Origin: Podarcis tiliguerta
Lineage: Eukaryota
DNA: 64,000 nt
Reading direction: 5' to 3' (one strand)
Assembly: GCA_965153285.1 (NCBI GenBank)
Contig: OZ229122.1
In this document: positions 13,205 to 26,400 of the stretch, piece after piece
Layout of the letters: the number at the start of each line of letters is the position of its first letter
Position numbering within the stretch: position 1 is the stretch's first letter
Program-made: the position numbers and the translations under genes
Notes under the pieces: generated by a model
The model's input: the letters and a program-made list of their open reading frames with translations, nothing else
Told to the model about the DNA's origin: nothing
Databases searched by the model: none

Positions 13205-13662
13205 TACCGAGGTACCAGGGAAGCAGTTAGGGCTCTCCTTTAATTCTGTGTTTTATTAAACCCATGACTTAGAGCAGCTCCCCAAACTATGATTGATATT
13301 TCATGTTTTTTTTAAAAAAAAAATAGCAATCATGCAATGCAGCCTTCACCATCATGGCCCCCTCCAGATGTTGTGGACTCTTATTTATTTTATATCTATA
13401 CACCACATTCTCATAAAATATCAAGCTGGGATATGGTAATTTAAGCTTTTGATGGGTGGGGCTGCTGGGAGTTGTAGTCCAGTACATGTGGAGGGCACTG
13501 GGATGGCAAAAGTTGATGCAATGTATGGAAACTCATCTAACACAGATGTCCACAAAGCCTTAAGCACTGGTGGACTAGTAGGAAATGTGTGCTTTCCCCT
13601 GTGTTTTCCTGCTTCTGGTGCACTGGTGTTTAAAGCCACATCGACCCCTGTGTGTGACATCT

Positions 13663-13812
13663 GCCGGGATAGCTCAGTTGGTTAGAGCGTGGTGCTGGTA
13701 ATGCCAGGCTTGCAGGTTCAATCCCTGCATGGGACAGCTGCATATTCCTCCTTTGCAGGGCGTTCAGCTAGGTGCTTCTCAGGGTCCCTTCCAATTCTTC
13801 TATGATTCTATA
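13663..13812 (+). mobile_element. tRNA-Ile-derived SINE with CR1-like tail
   Basis: gccgggatagctcagttggttagagcgtggtgctggtaatgcc resembles tRNA-Ile(AAT); tail ggtcccttccaattcttctatgattcta. Second copy near 18736-18885. Confidence 0.6.
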
Positions 13813-14167
13813 GATTGTTGTAGGCATTAAATGAGGAGGAGAGCCATGTAGGCCACCTTAAGTCCCTGGGTGGGTGGATGCGAGGAGAGGTGGGATAGAA
13901 ATGCAACAAACAACTAAAACTCAAGAGCAGCAGCTGAGCACAAGAACCCTCTACCCTCCTGCTATTTCCAACAACTGGTATTCAGAACCGTTACTGCCTT
14001 TGTGGACACAAAGCCTAAGCATCATGCTGATGGAGAGAGCTGACGTTCCCATGTTGACGTTTTGCCTGCCTTTTCCCCCAGAAAAGGAGACGGCTTTGTA
14101 TCTGTGGCCACCGATTGCTCTGTGCGGTGCCTTCAGCAGTACCAAGCAGTGCTGTGGTGTGAGATGC

Positions 14168-14218
14168 CAGCTGATTGGCAGAGAGCGCCTGGTGGGCGGG
14201 CATCCTAAGCAGATAAGA
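14168..14218 (+). promoter_or_regulatory. Candidate proximal promoter of the multiplexin-like gene
   Basis: E-box cagctg 14168-73, inverted CCAAT (ATTGG) 14174-78, GC box gggcgggg 14194-14201 and AGATAAG 14212-18, all 120-170 nt upstream of the ATG. Confidence 0.45.
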
Positions 14219-14334
14219 GCTTGGATCAGAAGTGCCAAAGGTTGGTCTGGGGAGAGAGAGGAGTGTGCTTGAGTTTGGGAAGCGCTGGGAAGGACACAGA
14301 CAGAATCGCAGGATCATAGAACTGCAGAGTTGCA

Positions 14335-14482
14335 ATGGGCGCTCTCAGGGCAGCCCCGTCTTTGCGTTGGCTCTGCATCGTCCTGGTGCTAGCAGGGCTG
14401 GCTCCCCTCACTGCTGCTCAGTACTGGTGGTCTTGGGGTCGACAAGAACCCACAACTGTGATGATGCCAACAACCCCCAAAG
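14335..14482 (+). CDS. Multiplexin-like exon 1 (signal peptide)
   Basis: [28 protein letters not shown]|[21 protein letters not shown]; donor G|gtaggt, phase 1. Confidence 0.8.
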
Positions 14483-17400
14483 GTAGGTGCAAAAGGCTTT
14501 CCATTGCTCTTCTATGCGGTGAAGGGGTTGGAAATGTAGGAGGCTCCAGAAAGGTTAATCTCAGATGTTTGGAGCAGAGAGGGCTTGGAGTCACTGCTTG
14601 GTTGTGTTGTAAATAGATCAAGGTGGGGGGGGGGGAAGGACTAGGAGTTTGCAACGGGAGGTATTCGGACTGCAGCTGTTTGGGGTTCGAGCGACCGCCA
14701 TAGTTGTGTGGCAGGCAAGATTTCAACAGGTGCTGCTTTCCCCTGCGTGGAGATGCAGTGAGATGCACAGCTTTTGCTACCAAAAGTTGCACAGCATCTG
14801 TGTACATGGGGTCTGCCTGTTGAACTGCTGCCTTTTCTGCAGCTGTGAGAGCTACAGGAGCCTTGCCCGGGGAAAGTTGGGGAGAGTGCTGTGTGGTGGA
14901 TAGCACTCTAAACTCTGACAGGGGAGGCTTGGGTTCAAATTTCTGCTTAGCCCTGATGCTTCAAGAGCAGTATTGGCCAGGTTGGTCTCTGGCCTGATCT
15001 ACCTCACAAGGTTGTTGTCAGCCCTATCCTGAGCACAGAAGAAGGAAGAATTGCAGAAGGAGGAAGAATGTACGATAAGAAAAGTTAGGAAATATGATTT
15101 GACTGTGATATGGTTCTATGAAATAATGATATTGGGAAATGCTACATATAACTACTAAGAAATTCAGATGGAAGGGATTTGAGGAAGTCAAATAATATGT
15201 TTATGAAGATGGATTTTAATTAATTGTTATTGTAGTGATGATTTGTTTTATTTTATGTTCCATATTCTTTTTTCTTTTTCTTTTTTTCTTTTTCTTTCTT
15301 CTTTTTTAGTATTGTTAATTTTTTTCTTTTATGTTTATGTATGAAAAATAATAAATATTATTGTGGAGGGGGGAAAAGGAGGAAGAATTGGATGTACTTA
15401 CTTTTACTTACTTACTAAATTTGTATGCCACCGTATACCTGTAGGTCTCAGGGCGGTTCACAGTTGGATGCCGCAATAAGAAATAAAACAAACATGGCAT
15501 TCTCCTAACTTTGGCTTTTCTTTCCTGATAGCTCAGTTGGTAGAGCACGATACTCTTAATCTCAGAGCCCTGGGTTCGAGTCCCATGTTGGGTGCATTGC
15601 AGGGGGTTGGACTTAGATGATCTTTGTGATCCCTTCCAGCTCTCATGATTCCGTGATTCCGCTGCTCTGGAAAACGGGTGTCAGAAATGGAGCGGTTTCC
15701 TTTTACATTTAGGATGCTCTGATGTGGTGGTAGTCTCTAACATTGTTTCGTTTTGCCTTCCCAGCCACGGAAGCAGATGTGGAGGAACCCACTGAGAAAA
15801 TGGTCCTGAACACCCCCACCCTTTGGGACACACCAGGGATATTTACAGAGGAGGTGGCAGTCTCCTCTGAAGCAACAACACCAGACCTGGTAAGCAGTTA
15901 CCGTGGGATGGCTGGATGAGGCCAGGGCATTCCTAGCACCCATGTTCGTGGCGAATCATGTAGCAAATATAGTGGAACTCTAGAATTGGAGGGAGCTTTG
16001 TAGGCCATCAAACTGGTACAGCAGGCATGGGGAATCTGTGGAGCTCCAGATGTTGCTGCACTACAACTCCCAACATCCCTGGAGATACTGGATGGGGATC
16101 CTGGGAACTGGAGTCCAACAACAGCCAGGCAATCCACAGGTTCCCTGTCCCAGCACTACAGCACGAGAAACCTCTGGCCCTCCAGATGTTGTCTGGCGCT
16201 AGTTCAGATCAGCCTCAGTCAGTGGCTAAGAATGACAAGTTATACAGTGGTTCTCAACCTGTGGGTCCCCAGATGTTGTTGGACTACAACTCCCGTCATC
16301 CCTGAGCTCTGGCCTTGCTAGCTAGGGGAGTTGTAGTTCAACAACATCTGGGGACCCACAGGTTGAGAAAGGCTGCTTCCGGAGGGTCACAGGCTCCCAA
16401 CACCTGATCTGGTGTAACCCTTTGCTTCATGCAAGTGAGCAGGGTTGGGGTTTTTCCACCTGGGAAGGCTCCTGTGCCTTTAAGAGCAGTGTGGCAAGCA
16501 GAGAGTTGACTATACTTCTATAGCCATCACTATATTTCTATACAGAATAAAGCTTTCGCCTCCTAGATTTCTGGCTTCCTCACAGCTTCCTCATAAAGCA
16601 AGGGTTTGACAGTGTGCCTGTGACAGATGTGTAAAATCATTATGAAGGGAGAGCGCAGCTGCAAAGGCGTGTGTTGGTAACTGGGTGCATATTTGTTTTA
16701 TTTTACTTCTGTTTGTTGCCTTTCTATCCTACCTTTTGTATTCCAAGGAGCTCAAGGTGCCACAAAATATTCTCCCCCTCCCTTCCTCATTTAATCCCCA
16801 CAACAACCCAGTGAGGTAGCTTAGGCTGAGAGGCAGTGACTAGCCCAAGGTCACCCAGTGAGCTTCATGGCTGAGTGGGGATTTTGAACCCTGGCAAGTA
16901 ATAGGAGCAATTTATTATTTATTTTATATTGTAAAATTTATACACCTCTTGATGGTAAAAAAAAAGGGGGGGGGGAGAAACACCTTAAATCGCTTTACAA
17001 AATAACACTTTGCGTTTATGTAGCGTGTTCAAATCACTCATACCTTTTTGCGTGATTTCCGTAATCTTTTGTTTAGTTAGCCACCACCATCATCCCCCCT
17101 GTAATATAGGTTGTTGGAAGAGGACTATGGTTATCAAGTTGTATGCTCTCTGTGCGCGCACACATGGAATCCTGGGAACTGTACTTTGTTAAGGGTGCAG
17201 GCAATGCTTTTTTCTGGGGGTACGCATACCCCTAAACATTTTGTGAATCTTTGAACTTTTGTCCATTTACTGTATTTATTTTTCCCAATTTGAACTATAA
17301 AATTGTGATTTTCTTGAGTCAAAATGAGAGTAAACATTTTTTTAGGGGTGGGGAAGCCCTAGGCAAAGAGAATTGAAGCTCTGTGAGGGGTAAACTACAC

Positions 17401-20400
17401 TTCCCAGGGCTTGGGGTGGGTGCGCTTTAAATGTATGGTGTGTGTATGTTCATGTCCATAGCGCAATTTGAACTTTCAGGCCAATAGCCAACGTTTCTGC
17501 ACTAGCCAGAGGTGATGTGTCTGACTTTGCATGTGAAATAACTTTGTTTTTGAATCTGGGTGAGTGAATTCACAAGTGAGTGGCTTAGTGTGTAGCAGAA
17601 ATAAAAACAAAATTGTACCCAGAGTGGTCACCCTGCGTACATTCTGGCCTCCGGAAGGGCATAAAGAAGCTTTTGCTAAAAGAACAACCCAGAATCATGA
17701 CAAACAACCCTATCTTTTTCATTTCCAAACACTTGTGTAAGAATTTGTCTAGTGTCCAAATTTGTCTCGTGTCGGGGGCCTAATCTGGCCCGTGTGGCAG
17801 TTTATTTGCTGGGGTAAAATCCTAAAAAAAGGTCAACAACATTGGTTGGCCCTTCGGTCGGCCCCCACGGCCCTTTACTTCATCAAATCTGGCCCTCTTT
17901 GCAAAAAGATTGGACACCACTGGTCTAGTGCAATATTAAATGTTCCATAATTATGAATATGCTTCATGTTCACACTTCACCTGCAAGAATGGGAGAATAT
18001 ATGGGGGTGGGGGGGTGGAAAGAGAGAGAGAAGATTCATCTTTTGCAAGTCCTTCACTCCCTGAGCAGAAAAGATTTTAGAAGTATATTCATGAACACTA
18101 TTCAGTGATCGATGACCTGAAAGCTGCATGCCTTTGAGTGAAGCTGCAGCTTTCAGCACATGTCGTCTCATTACTACCTGAGAAGGGGCGTATATAGGAG
18201 ATTGCAATCCTGTATGTAATAATTAATCTGTAGGAGCAACCACCTCCTCATTCCATTCAGTTATAAAAGGGGAGGGGAGCCCTTGGCTGTGAGCAATGAA
18301 GCAAACATGAAGGACACACAGCAATCAAACAGTTCCTCTATTAAGTTCACTGATGGAACTGGCATGGAAATAAGGAATTGGAAAGTGATAACCAGTGTAA
18401 CATGGAGATTCTGCTCTTTACTGTGCAAGTCCATTGATTCATCTGGCTGAGTATTATCTCCCCCAGGGAGAGGACCTGTAGTCTAACAACATCTGGAGGA
18501 CCACGGGCTCCCCATCCTTGGTCTATATCTGGTGTGGGGAGCCTTTGACCATCCAGATGTTGCTGACTACAACTACCACCATTCCTGTTTGCCGAGGCTG
18601 GTGGGCATTGTCCTTCATCAACATCTGGAAGGCCAGGGTTCCCCATCTTTGATCTACACTGGCAGGAACCGTCCAGGGCTTCAGAAATAAGTCTTTCACC
18701 ATCTTTACCTGGAGATCACCAGCAATTCAATCAGCGCTGGATAGCTCAGTTGATTAGAGAGTAGTGCTGATAATGCAAAGGTGGCAGATTTTATCCCTGT
18801 ATGAGACAGCTGCATATTCCTACTGCCGTTGGACTAGATGATGCTCAGGTCCCTTCCAACTCTAAAGTCCTATGATTCTGTGATTGTTAACCTGAGATCT
18901 TCTCATACAAAGCATGTGTTTTACCTCTGAGCTATAGTCTCTCTGCCCTGCCACCCTGTAGTTTGAGGAAATAGGGACTGTTTACATGCGCACCTATAAG
19001 GTAAAGGTAAAGGTCCTGACCATTAGGTCCAGTTGTGGCCAACTCTGGGGTTGCGGCGCTCATCTCGCTTTATTGGCCGAGGGAGCCGGCGTACAGCTTC
19101 CGGGTCATGTGGCCAGCATGACTAAGCCGCTTCTGGCGAACCAGAGCAGCGCACGGAAACACCGTTTACCTTCCCGCCGGAGCGGTACCAACTGCTAGGT
19201 TGGCAGGAGCAGGGACCAAGCAATGGGAGCTCGCCCCATCATGGGGATTCGAACCGCCAACATGCTGATTGGCAAGTCCTGGTCTCTGTGGTTTAAGCCA
19301 CAGCCCCACCCGTGTCCCGTTGCGCACCTGTAACGTAGCACATAAACAGACTGATCAGTTATCCTTTAACCACCATGTTGTACTCATAGCCAAAGTGCTT
19401 CAAGAGAGGCATCTGCCTGCAAAGGGAATGCAAGACGAGACGGACCTTTGGTCTAATCCAACAAGGCAATTCTTGAGTTCTAGGGGTTGTGAGCGCCAGC
19501 TCATGAACATACGTGTGGCTGTGTTTCCACGCACACACCCTGTAAAGTACACCGTCCTCCTTTGCAGGTTAGGTGCACTTGCTGCCCCACAGCCTTTCAG
19601 CCTTCCCCCCCCCCCCTTGGCATCTCAGCATGAAAGGCTTATGGCAATTCAGGCCAGACGGCTGCTCATCTGAGCATGCTCCCGATGTGGGAGATGCAGA
19701 CCAAAGTCCCAAGGCCAGCTCCCCCACCCTGAGACACACAATCGCTTCCTTTTCTCTCTTGGTTCCTTTCTCTCCACTTTATCAGCAACCAAGGTCCTGT
19801 CAGACACAACAAATCCTTGGATTCAGTACATGTACAGGGCTTAATTGGCCAAAGGGAAATGGCTAGAAAGGGACCAGCCCAAGCAAGCGTTGTGTGTCCT
19901 GCTTTTACAGAGGAGAGTCCTCTGTTTTGAAAGCCTGTCAGGAGATGCTCCTCTGTTTGATGGTGTCTTCCACTGGAAAGTGCCCTTCTGTTTCCTAATT
20001 TCTAAACATTACTTTTTTAAGTGTAGGTTTTTGACTTTATTTGGGCTGCTTGGCTGGGATGGCGTTGCCTGTTTGGGCAGGGATGACAACAGATGTTTCC
20101 TGCTGGGGTTTTTTACCTCTAGATTATTTGTTTGGGGAAAGTGTGGTGCTTTGCCTGTTTTGGATGGTGGTGGTTCTGAGCATCACTTTTTTTTTATCCT
20201 GCCAAATGGGTAGTTTCTGGTGCCCCCCAACAGTTGGTGTAGAATACAATGGCCAGCTTCCACCTGAGAACATGTGACATTATTAAAACAGCTGACCTGG
20301 CTGCCCAATTGCGCCCTCCCTGTGGAACGCCCTCCCACCAGATGTCAAAGAGAACAACAACTACCAGACTTTTAGAAGACATCTGAAGGCAGCCCTGTTT

Positions 20401-23400
20401 AGAGAAGCTTTTAATGTTTGATGTATCACAGTATTTTAATATTCTTTTGGAAGCCGCCCAGAGTGGCTGGGGAAACCCAGCCAGATGGGCGGGGTATAAA
20501 TAATAAATTATTATTATTATTATTACTGAGAGAGGTTCAAGCTTCTTGTGTTAATTTACAAGGCCCTGAACAACTTAAGCCCAGGGTATTGCAGGGATTG
20601 CCTTAACCCTTATGTTATATCTCAGTAGAGGTTTGGGGTTTGTGTGTGTGATTTCTTTTGTAAAAAAATAAATTGGAATCTTTTTGAAAGTGATACAAAA
20701 CAGTACCAAGAACAAGGCAAAAAAATTAAAAAATACAGAACAATCAAACCAGATGTTCCTGATCCCAGTCACTGAGATCATCTGCAAGAGCATCGTCGGT
20801 CATTCCGTAAGATGGTGAGGCTTGTTTGACAAGATACTGAGCCTTTAGTGTCATCTGTGATGTTTCTACATATTTAGAACGGGGATTTTTGTATGCTGCT
20901 ACATTTGCTATAGAATTACTGTTCTATTATTGCTGCTATTATTAAATTATTCTTGCAGTCTGTTGGTTTGGTGATGCCTTGCCCTGATTGTCACTTTCAG
21001 TATAATTTTGTGTGTATGTGAAAAGGTGGCATACAGATAAATTGATTATGACTTGGAATTTTTTGCTTGCTTTGCGGTTAATATTAGTTAGGCATAAGCC
21101 CAGTTCTAGGGATGTGGGTGGCGCTGTGGGTTAAACCACAGAGCTTAAGACTTGCTGATCAGAAGGTTGGCGGTTCGAATCCCCGTGACGGGGTGAGCTC
21201 CTGTTGCTCGGTCTCTGCTCCTGCCAACCTAGCAGTTCGAAAGCACATCAAAGTGCAAGTAGATAAATAGGTACCACTCTGGCGGGAAGGTAAACGGTGT
21301 TTCTGTGCGCTGCTCTGCTTCGCCAGAAGCGGCTTAGTCATGCTGGCCACATGACCCGGAAGCTGTACGCCGGCTCCCTCCCTGTACGCCAATAAAGCGA
21401 GATGAGCGCCGCAACCCCAGAGTCAGCCACGACTGGACCTAATGGTCAGGGGTCCCTTTACCTTTACCTAAGCCAAGTTCTGGTGTCTCTCTCCTCTCCC
21501 AATCCCATGTTATTAACGCTGTATGAATAGGAAAGTGGGGGGAGCACTCTCACTGCCACCCCTCACTGCCTCTCATTGCCATTGCTGCTCCCCCAGCCCC
21601 TCACATGCCGAGAGGACTGAACCTCTGCCACGGGGAGCCTTTTTTCTACCCCACAGGCTCTCTAGATCTTCCACTGCAGGAGTGGTTAGAGTTCAACAAC
21701 AAACTTTTATTCTCAGCTATAATTGATCTCGCAGATGAAGAATGCTTTCATTTTTATAAATCTTTATTATCTGAACAGTGAATCTTTGTATGAGTGAATG
21801 CTTTGTTATCCAGTTGTAGCTGTGCTGGGTCTTTGTACTTTTGTCCTTCCAGACCGTAAGGCTTTATAGTTTACATTTCTGGTTCTTCTTTTTCCCATCC
21901 TTTTTTGTTATGCTTACCCTTTGTTTGCTAATAAAAAATAAAATTAAAAAACAAAACAATCGGGGTGCTAGGAAACACGGCCCTTATTACCTCTCACATG
22001 ATAATTGTGTGAGGGGGGGGGAAACCTGAAGAGGACTATAAGGATTCAAAATTAATATATATGGTCTTAACCCCTTCATGCATTAATTAGACCAGGGTTT
22101 CCCAAACTTGGGTCTCTGGCTGTTTTCGGACTACAGTTCCCATCATCCCTGACCACTGATCCTGCTAGCTAGAGATGATGGGGGTTGTAGTCCAAAAACA
22201 ACTGGAGATCCAAGTTTGGGAAACATTGAATTAGACTGAAGCATGTTGGTTATATGAGACTGGTTATCCCACAAACTTTATGTCAGGCTGTGGTGTGCCC
22301 ACAAATTCCATTTTTCCCCCTCCCAGGCTACCTCTGCAGCTGACAAGGAGGAAGTGTTTCCTGGCATAGATTTTCCCTTTCAGGACATCCTTGAAGGCAG
22401 CACTGAGGATGAAGATGATGAATTTTTACACAGCCTAGTAACAGCACCGGGGAAGGAGGTGTCAACTGAGCTGGTACACTTCTGTTCTTTTCTGTAGCAA
22501 GTGGGTTGTTGTAATCTAAATATTTTCATCTGCCCCTGAAGGCTGGCTCACGCGGCAGCTGCTACCTACCTAGTTTTAGGGCTTATCCACATCTCTGCTC
22601 TTCCCAGGCATGGTCCACGCTTTAGAAAAGCTCAGTGTTCAAGCGCCTTCTTTTTTCTCTCTTTCTCTTTTGCTCCAGATGTTTCTCCATGGAAACCTGT
22701 TCTTTAAAGTTCAATCGAAACAAATGGCATTCCATGGAAAAACCTCTGTAAATGACTAAGCAGAGGGCCAATAGCAATGCCAGGAGTGAAGAACGCAACA
22801 AATTAAAGAATCAGCTACCATTTTGAAAAAACAGAGAGATGTGTGCGTTGTGTAGCTCCTAGGTCTTCCTACACCATTAGGAGATAGCAGCACTTTGCTT
22901 TGGAGGGTGGGAGGCCTGCTCAGTGGCAGGGAGGAGAAGACTTGGCATCTTAGTTGGTGTCTTACAAAATATGATTTCCTGTCACCATCTTGTTATCTCA
23001 GGAAGATGCAAAACCCTCAATGTCTTCAGTTCACCAAACCACAATCCGGGGAGACTCTGAGACAAAAGAGGTACATTTGGGGTTTTGTTCTGGAAAAAAC
23101 AGTGCCACGTCGAAAGAAAGGAATAGGGGGTGTGGGGAGTTAAAGGGATAGTGACCATAAATAAGTTCAATGGAACTTATTTCTGAGTAAACATACATTA
23201 GTTTATTGCCTTCTGGTGTGGGGGGTTGCTATGGTGAATATATAGCACTAAAGTGCCACGTGGAACCACCATTTTAATTCCCACTTTTTTTTTGCTGAGG
23301 CACTGAAAATCCTCTGTTAGAGAATCCTTGCTTTCCTTCAGAGACCTGCAATTCTCAAGGTTCATTGTGGAGACAGAGTGAAGCCAGTTTTAACCTGCAG

Positions 23401-26400
23401 TATGGCTGCAGGTTAATCAAAGTGGCTGGTCTTGAATAGCAACCATCATCAGAGATGCACTGTTTAGAGAATTCTCAGTTTGTTCATTTTGCCCGGTTAG
23501 AAAACACTTTTCTTTAAATATCCCAGAATGTCTACTAACGGCTCCTTTGCACACCTTTCAGGCACAGCCTGTGACTGAAAAATCATGGTGGCCTCTGGCG
23601 ACTGTTACAAAGGAGCATCCTCAGAAGGCTGAAGTGAGTCAATACAGGGTTTTGGTAGTCCATGGGCTTTGGTAATCCATGCCATATTTTTGTGAGACAT
23701 CATCACCAATACAGTTAATCTCAGCCATTCCTCTGTAGGTATATTGCCCAGGATTTTTTGAAATATTTCAGGACCTCCCTGGGTGGGGATTTAGGAAGAT
23801 ATACTGAAAGACATTGTACTGGTTATTTGGAAGGCCCACCCGCCCACATGACACAGTCATTGACACTGAGACATTGACAGACACAGCTTTGCTCAAAAAC
23901 AATATGGCGTATTTTTCAGGATTCTACGAGTGGTTAATTTATAGAGAGTGAAATGCCAGGCCTTGATTCTCTGACCAAGCTCCATGACTTCTGACTGACA
24001 CTCCCCTCATCAAATCCCAGATTGATATGAATGGTTATCTTGATAGGTCTTATTATATTTTCATTACAAATGTGCACCTTAACAATGTAAACAGGCAGGG
24101 AGGTTATCTGTTTTTTGTCATTGTCTTGTGTCTCAGGAGGACCCACATGTCTCGACTCCTGATGTTCACCAAACCGTGGGCAGGGGAGACTCTGTGGCAA
24201 AAGAGGTATGTAGGGAGTTCACTATCAAGAAGCCAATGCCACTGTGGAAGAAGGGGGAAAGGGGGAAACAACTAAAGGAAAAGCAGAACCGTCATGTTTG
24301 CAATACCAACTTCCTAGAAAGTATATGTGTATGTTTTGCCGGTAAGGTTTACTGGTAGGTTTGGTTCACATTTTAACACAAACTCTACCTAACCTTCACT
24401 TTGCAAAGCAATACACTCAAGATGGCGGGGGTGGCAGCTTTCAGCCTGAGGGCTGCATTCCCTTCTGGGCAAACCTCTGAAGGAGTCATGGCCTCCCCAA
24501 AAATTCCAGGGACTGTAGGAGATCCATATTCCCCTCAGAGAGCTACCAATCCCAAAGTGGTTTAACAATCAGCCCCTCTTCCTAGGGAACTATGGGATTT
24601 CTAGCTCCATGAAGGGAACAAGTCTCCCAACAACTCTCAATGCCCTTAACAAACTACAGTTCCCAGAATTCTCTGAGGGGAAGCCATGACTGTTTAAAGT
24701 GCTATAATACTGCTTTAAACGTATACTGCAGCTGGAGCCTTGTTTTTGTCAGATACTGTCCCTTCCAGATCTGCAGTTGCATGGAAAGTAACAATGCACC
24801 TTGGCAATGTAAAATGGCAGGGAGGTTATTAAATTTCCTAACTGTTGTCATCTTGTATCTCAGGAGGAACCACAACTCTTGACTCCTTCTGTTCACCAGA
24901 CCGTGGTCAGTGGGGACTCTGTGGCAAAAGAGGTATGTAGGCAGTTCATGATCAAGAAGTCAATGTCGCGGTGGAAGAAGGAGCCTAGACAGAATTATGG
25001 CAGCCTGACAGAGAGGCCTGGAATGGCAGCACTATTTCTTTTAAATCAATATTGTGACATTTATATCCCACTTCTCTTCCGCAAAGTTCAAGATGGCATA
25101 TGTGGTTCTCCTACTCATTTTTTTCATCCTCAAAACAATCCTGTGAAGTAGGTCAGGCTGACCCATGTAACTTGGACCAAGGTCACCCAGTAAGATAAAA
25201 TATTGTCTTTCCAGTTCTACAGTTACATGGAAAGAGGGAAAGAAGAAAGTTTTTTTAAAGTCTGGAATAATCAGGTGGAAATGACGCAGAAGGAAGGAAC
25301 TCTGATGGGATGAAATAATAGGGTAGATTTAGAAAGTTGGGGGTGAGTTGTCACACACACAGAGAGAGAGAGGGGGGGGGTCTGCTTTAAAGTCTCTGAT
25401 ATGGCCCTGGAGGGCCTTGAGGTATGTCTATATTAGGGTTGCCATATTTCAAGTAAAAATCTGGACACAAAAAATGGTTAAACTTTTTTAGGGCAATCAC
25501 CTGATAGCATCTCCACCACTGCCAAGCCTAAACCAGAGCCTGGGTTGCCAGAACCTGAAGCAGAACCACCCAAGCATATTTAAACAAAAAAAAATCCAGG
25601 ACATTTGCTTTAAAATGTAAAATTCTCGCCAGATGGGCATGTAGGACCCGCAGAAGAGGACATGTCCAGGAATTCCTGGACGCATGGCAACCCTAGATTC
25701 CTGACCTGGTGAAAAAGGTTTTAAATGTGTAATTTATTTAATTTTTTTTCGGCTTTTTGACAGGTGATTACGAAAGAGGAAACCTCATCCATTTCCCCTC
25801 CCAAGACAGTCGCTGCCTCCATTATTGGGGTAAAAAAGGGGAAAGTTGATGTTTGGGACTACAATTCCCATCATCCCTGACCACTGGTCCTGTTAGCTAG
25901 GGATGATGGGAATTGTAGTCCCAAACATCTGGAGGGCCGGAGTTTGCCTATGCCTGCTCTATGGGTTATGACTTTCCTCTCTGTGTTCCATTGGTGAGAG
26001 GTGATCTACCACTAACTACTTTTTCTGTTTTTCTTAGATGTATAATCTTTCCCAGTGTGTCTGTCCAGCAACACCAGGCCCTCGTGGTGCAAAGGTGCGC
26101 ATCTAAGCTTTCTCCCCCTGTGTTGGGTTGCTGTGGTAATGGCAAGTCCAGGCCAGTCTGCAGCTGAGGGTGTGTCTAGTCTACAAAAGGCATTTTCAAA
26201 CACCGCCTTGAAGAACATGCATAAGGCAAATGAAAACCTATTGGGCATCCCGAGCCATAAAGAAGGCCACATCTATACTACTGTGGTTGCTACCTCCCCC
26301 CCCCCAACCAAATAACCTGTGCCTTTTGAGGGTGGCACAATAACCAGGCATCCAAAAGCTGCAACTGTCCCCCATCTCTGTATCTCCTTGCTGAGAAGCA

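Noticed and set aside
22393-22425. Glycosaminoglycan attachment site at [10 protein letters not shown]
   Set aside because: The context is acidic, but the Ser is followed by Thr rather than Gly, so the Ser-Gly consensus is absent.
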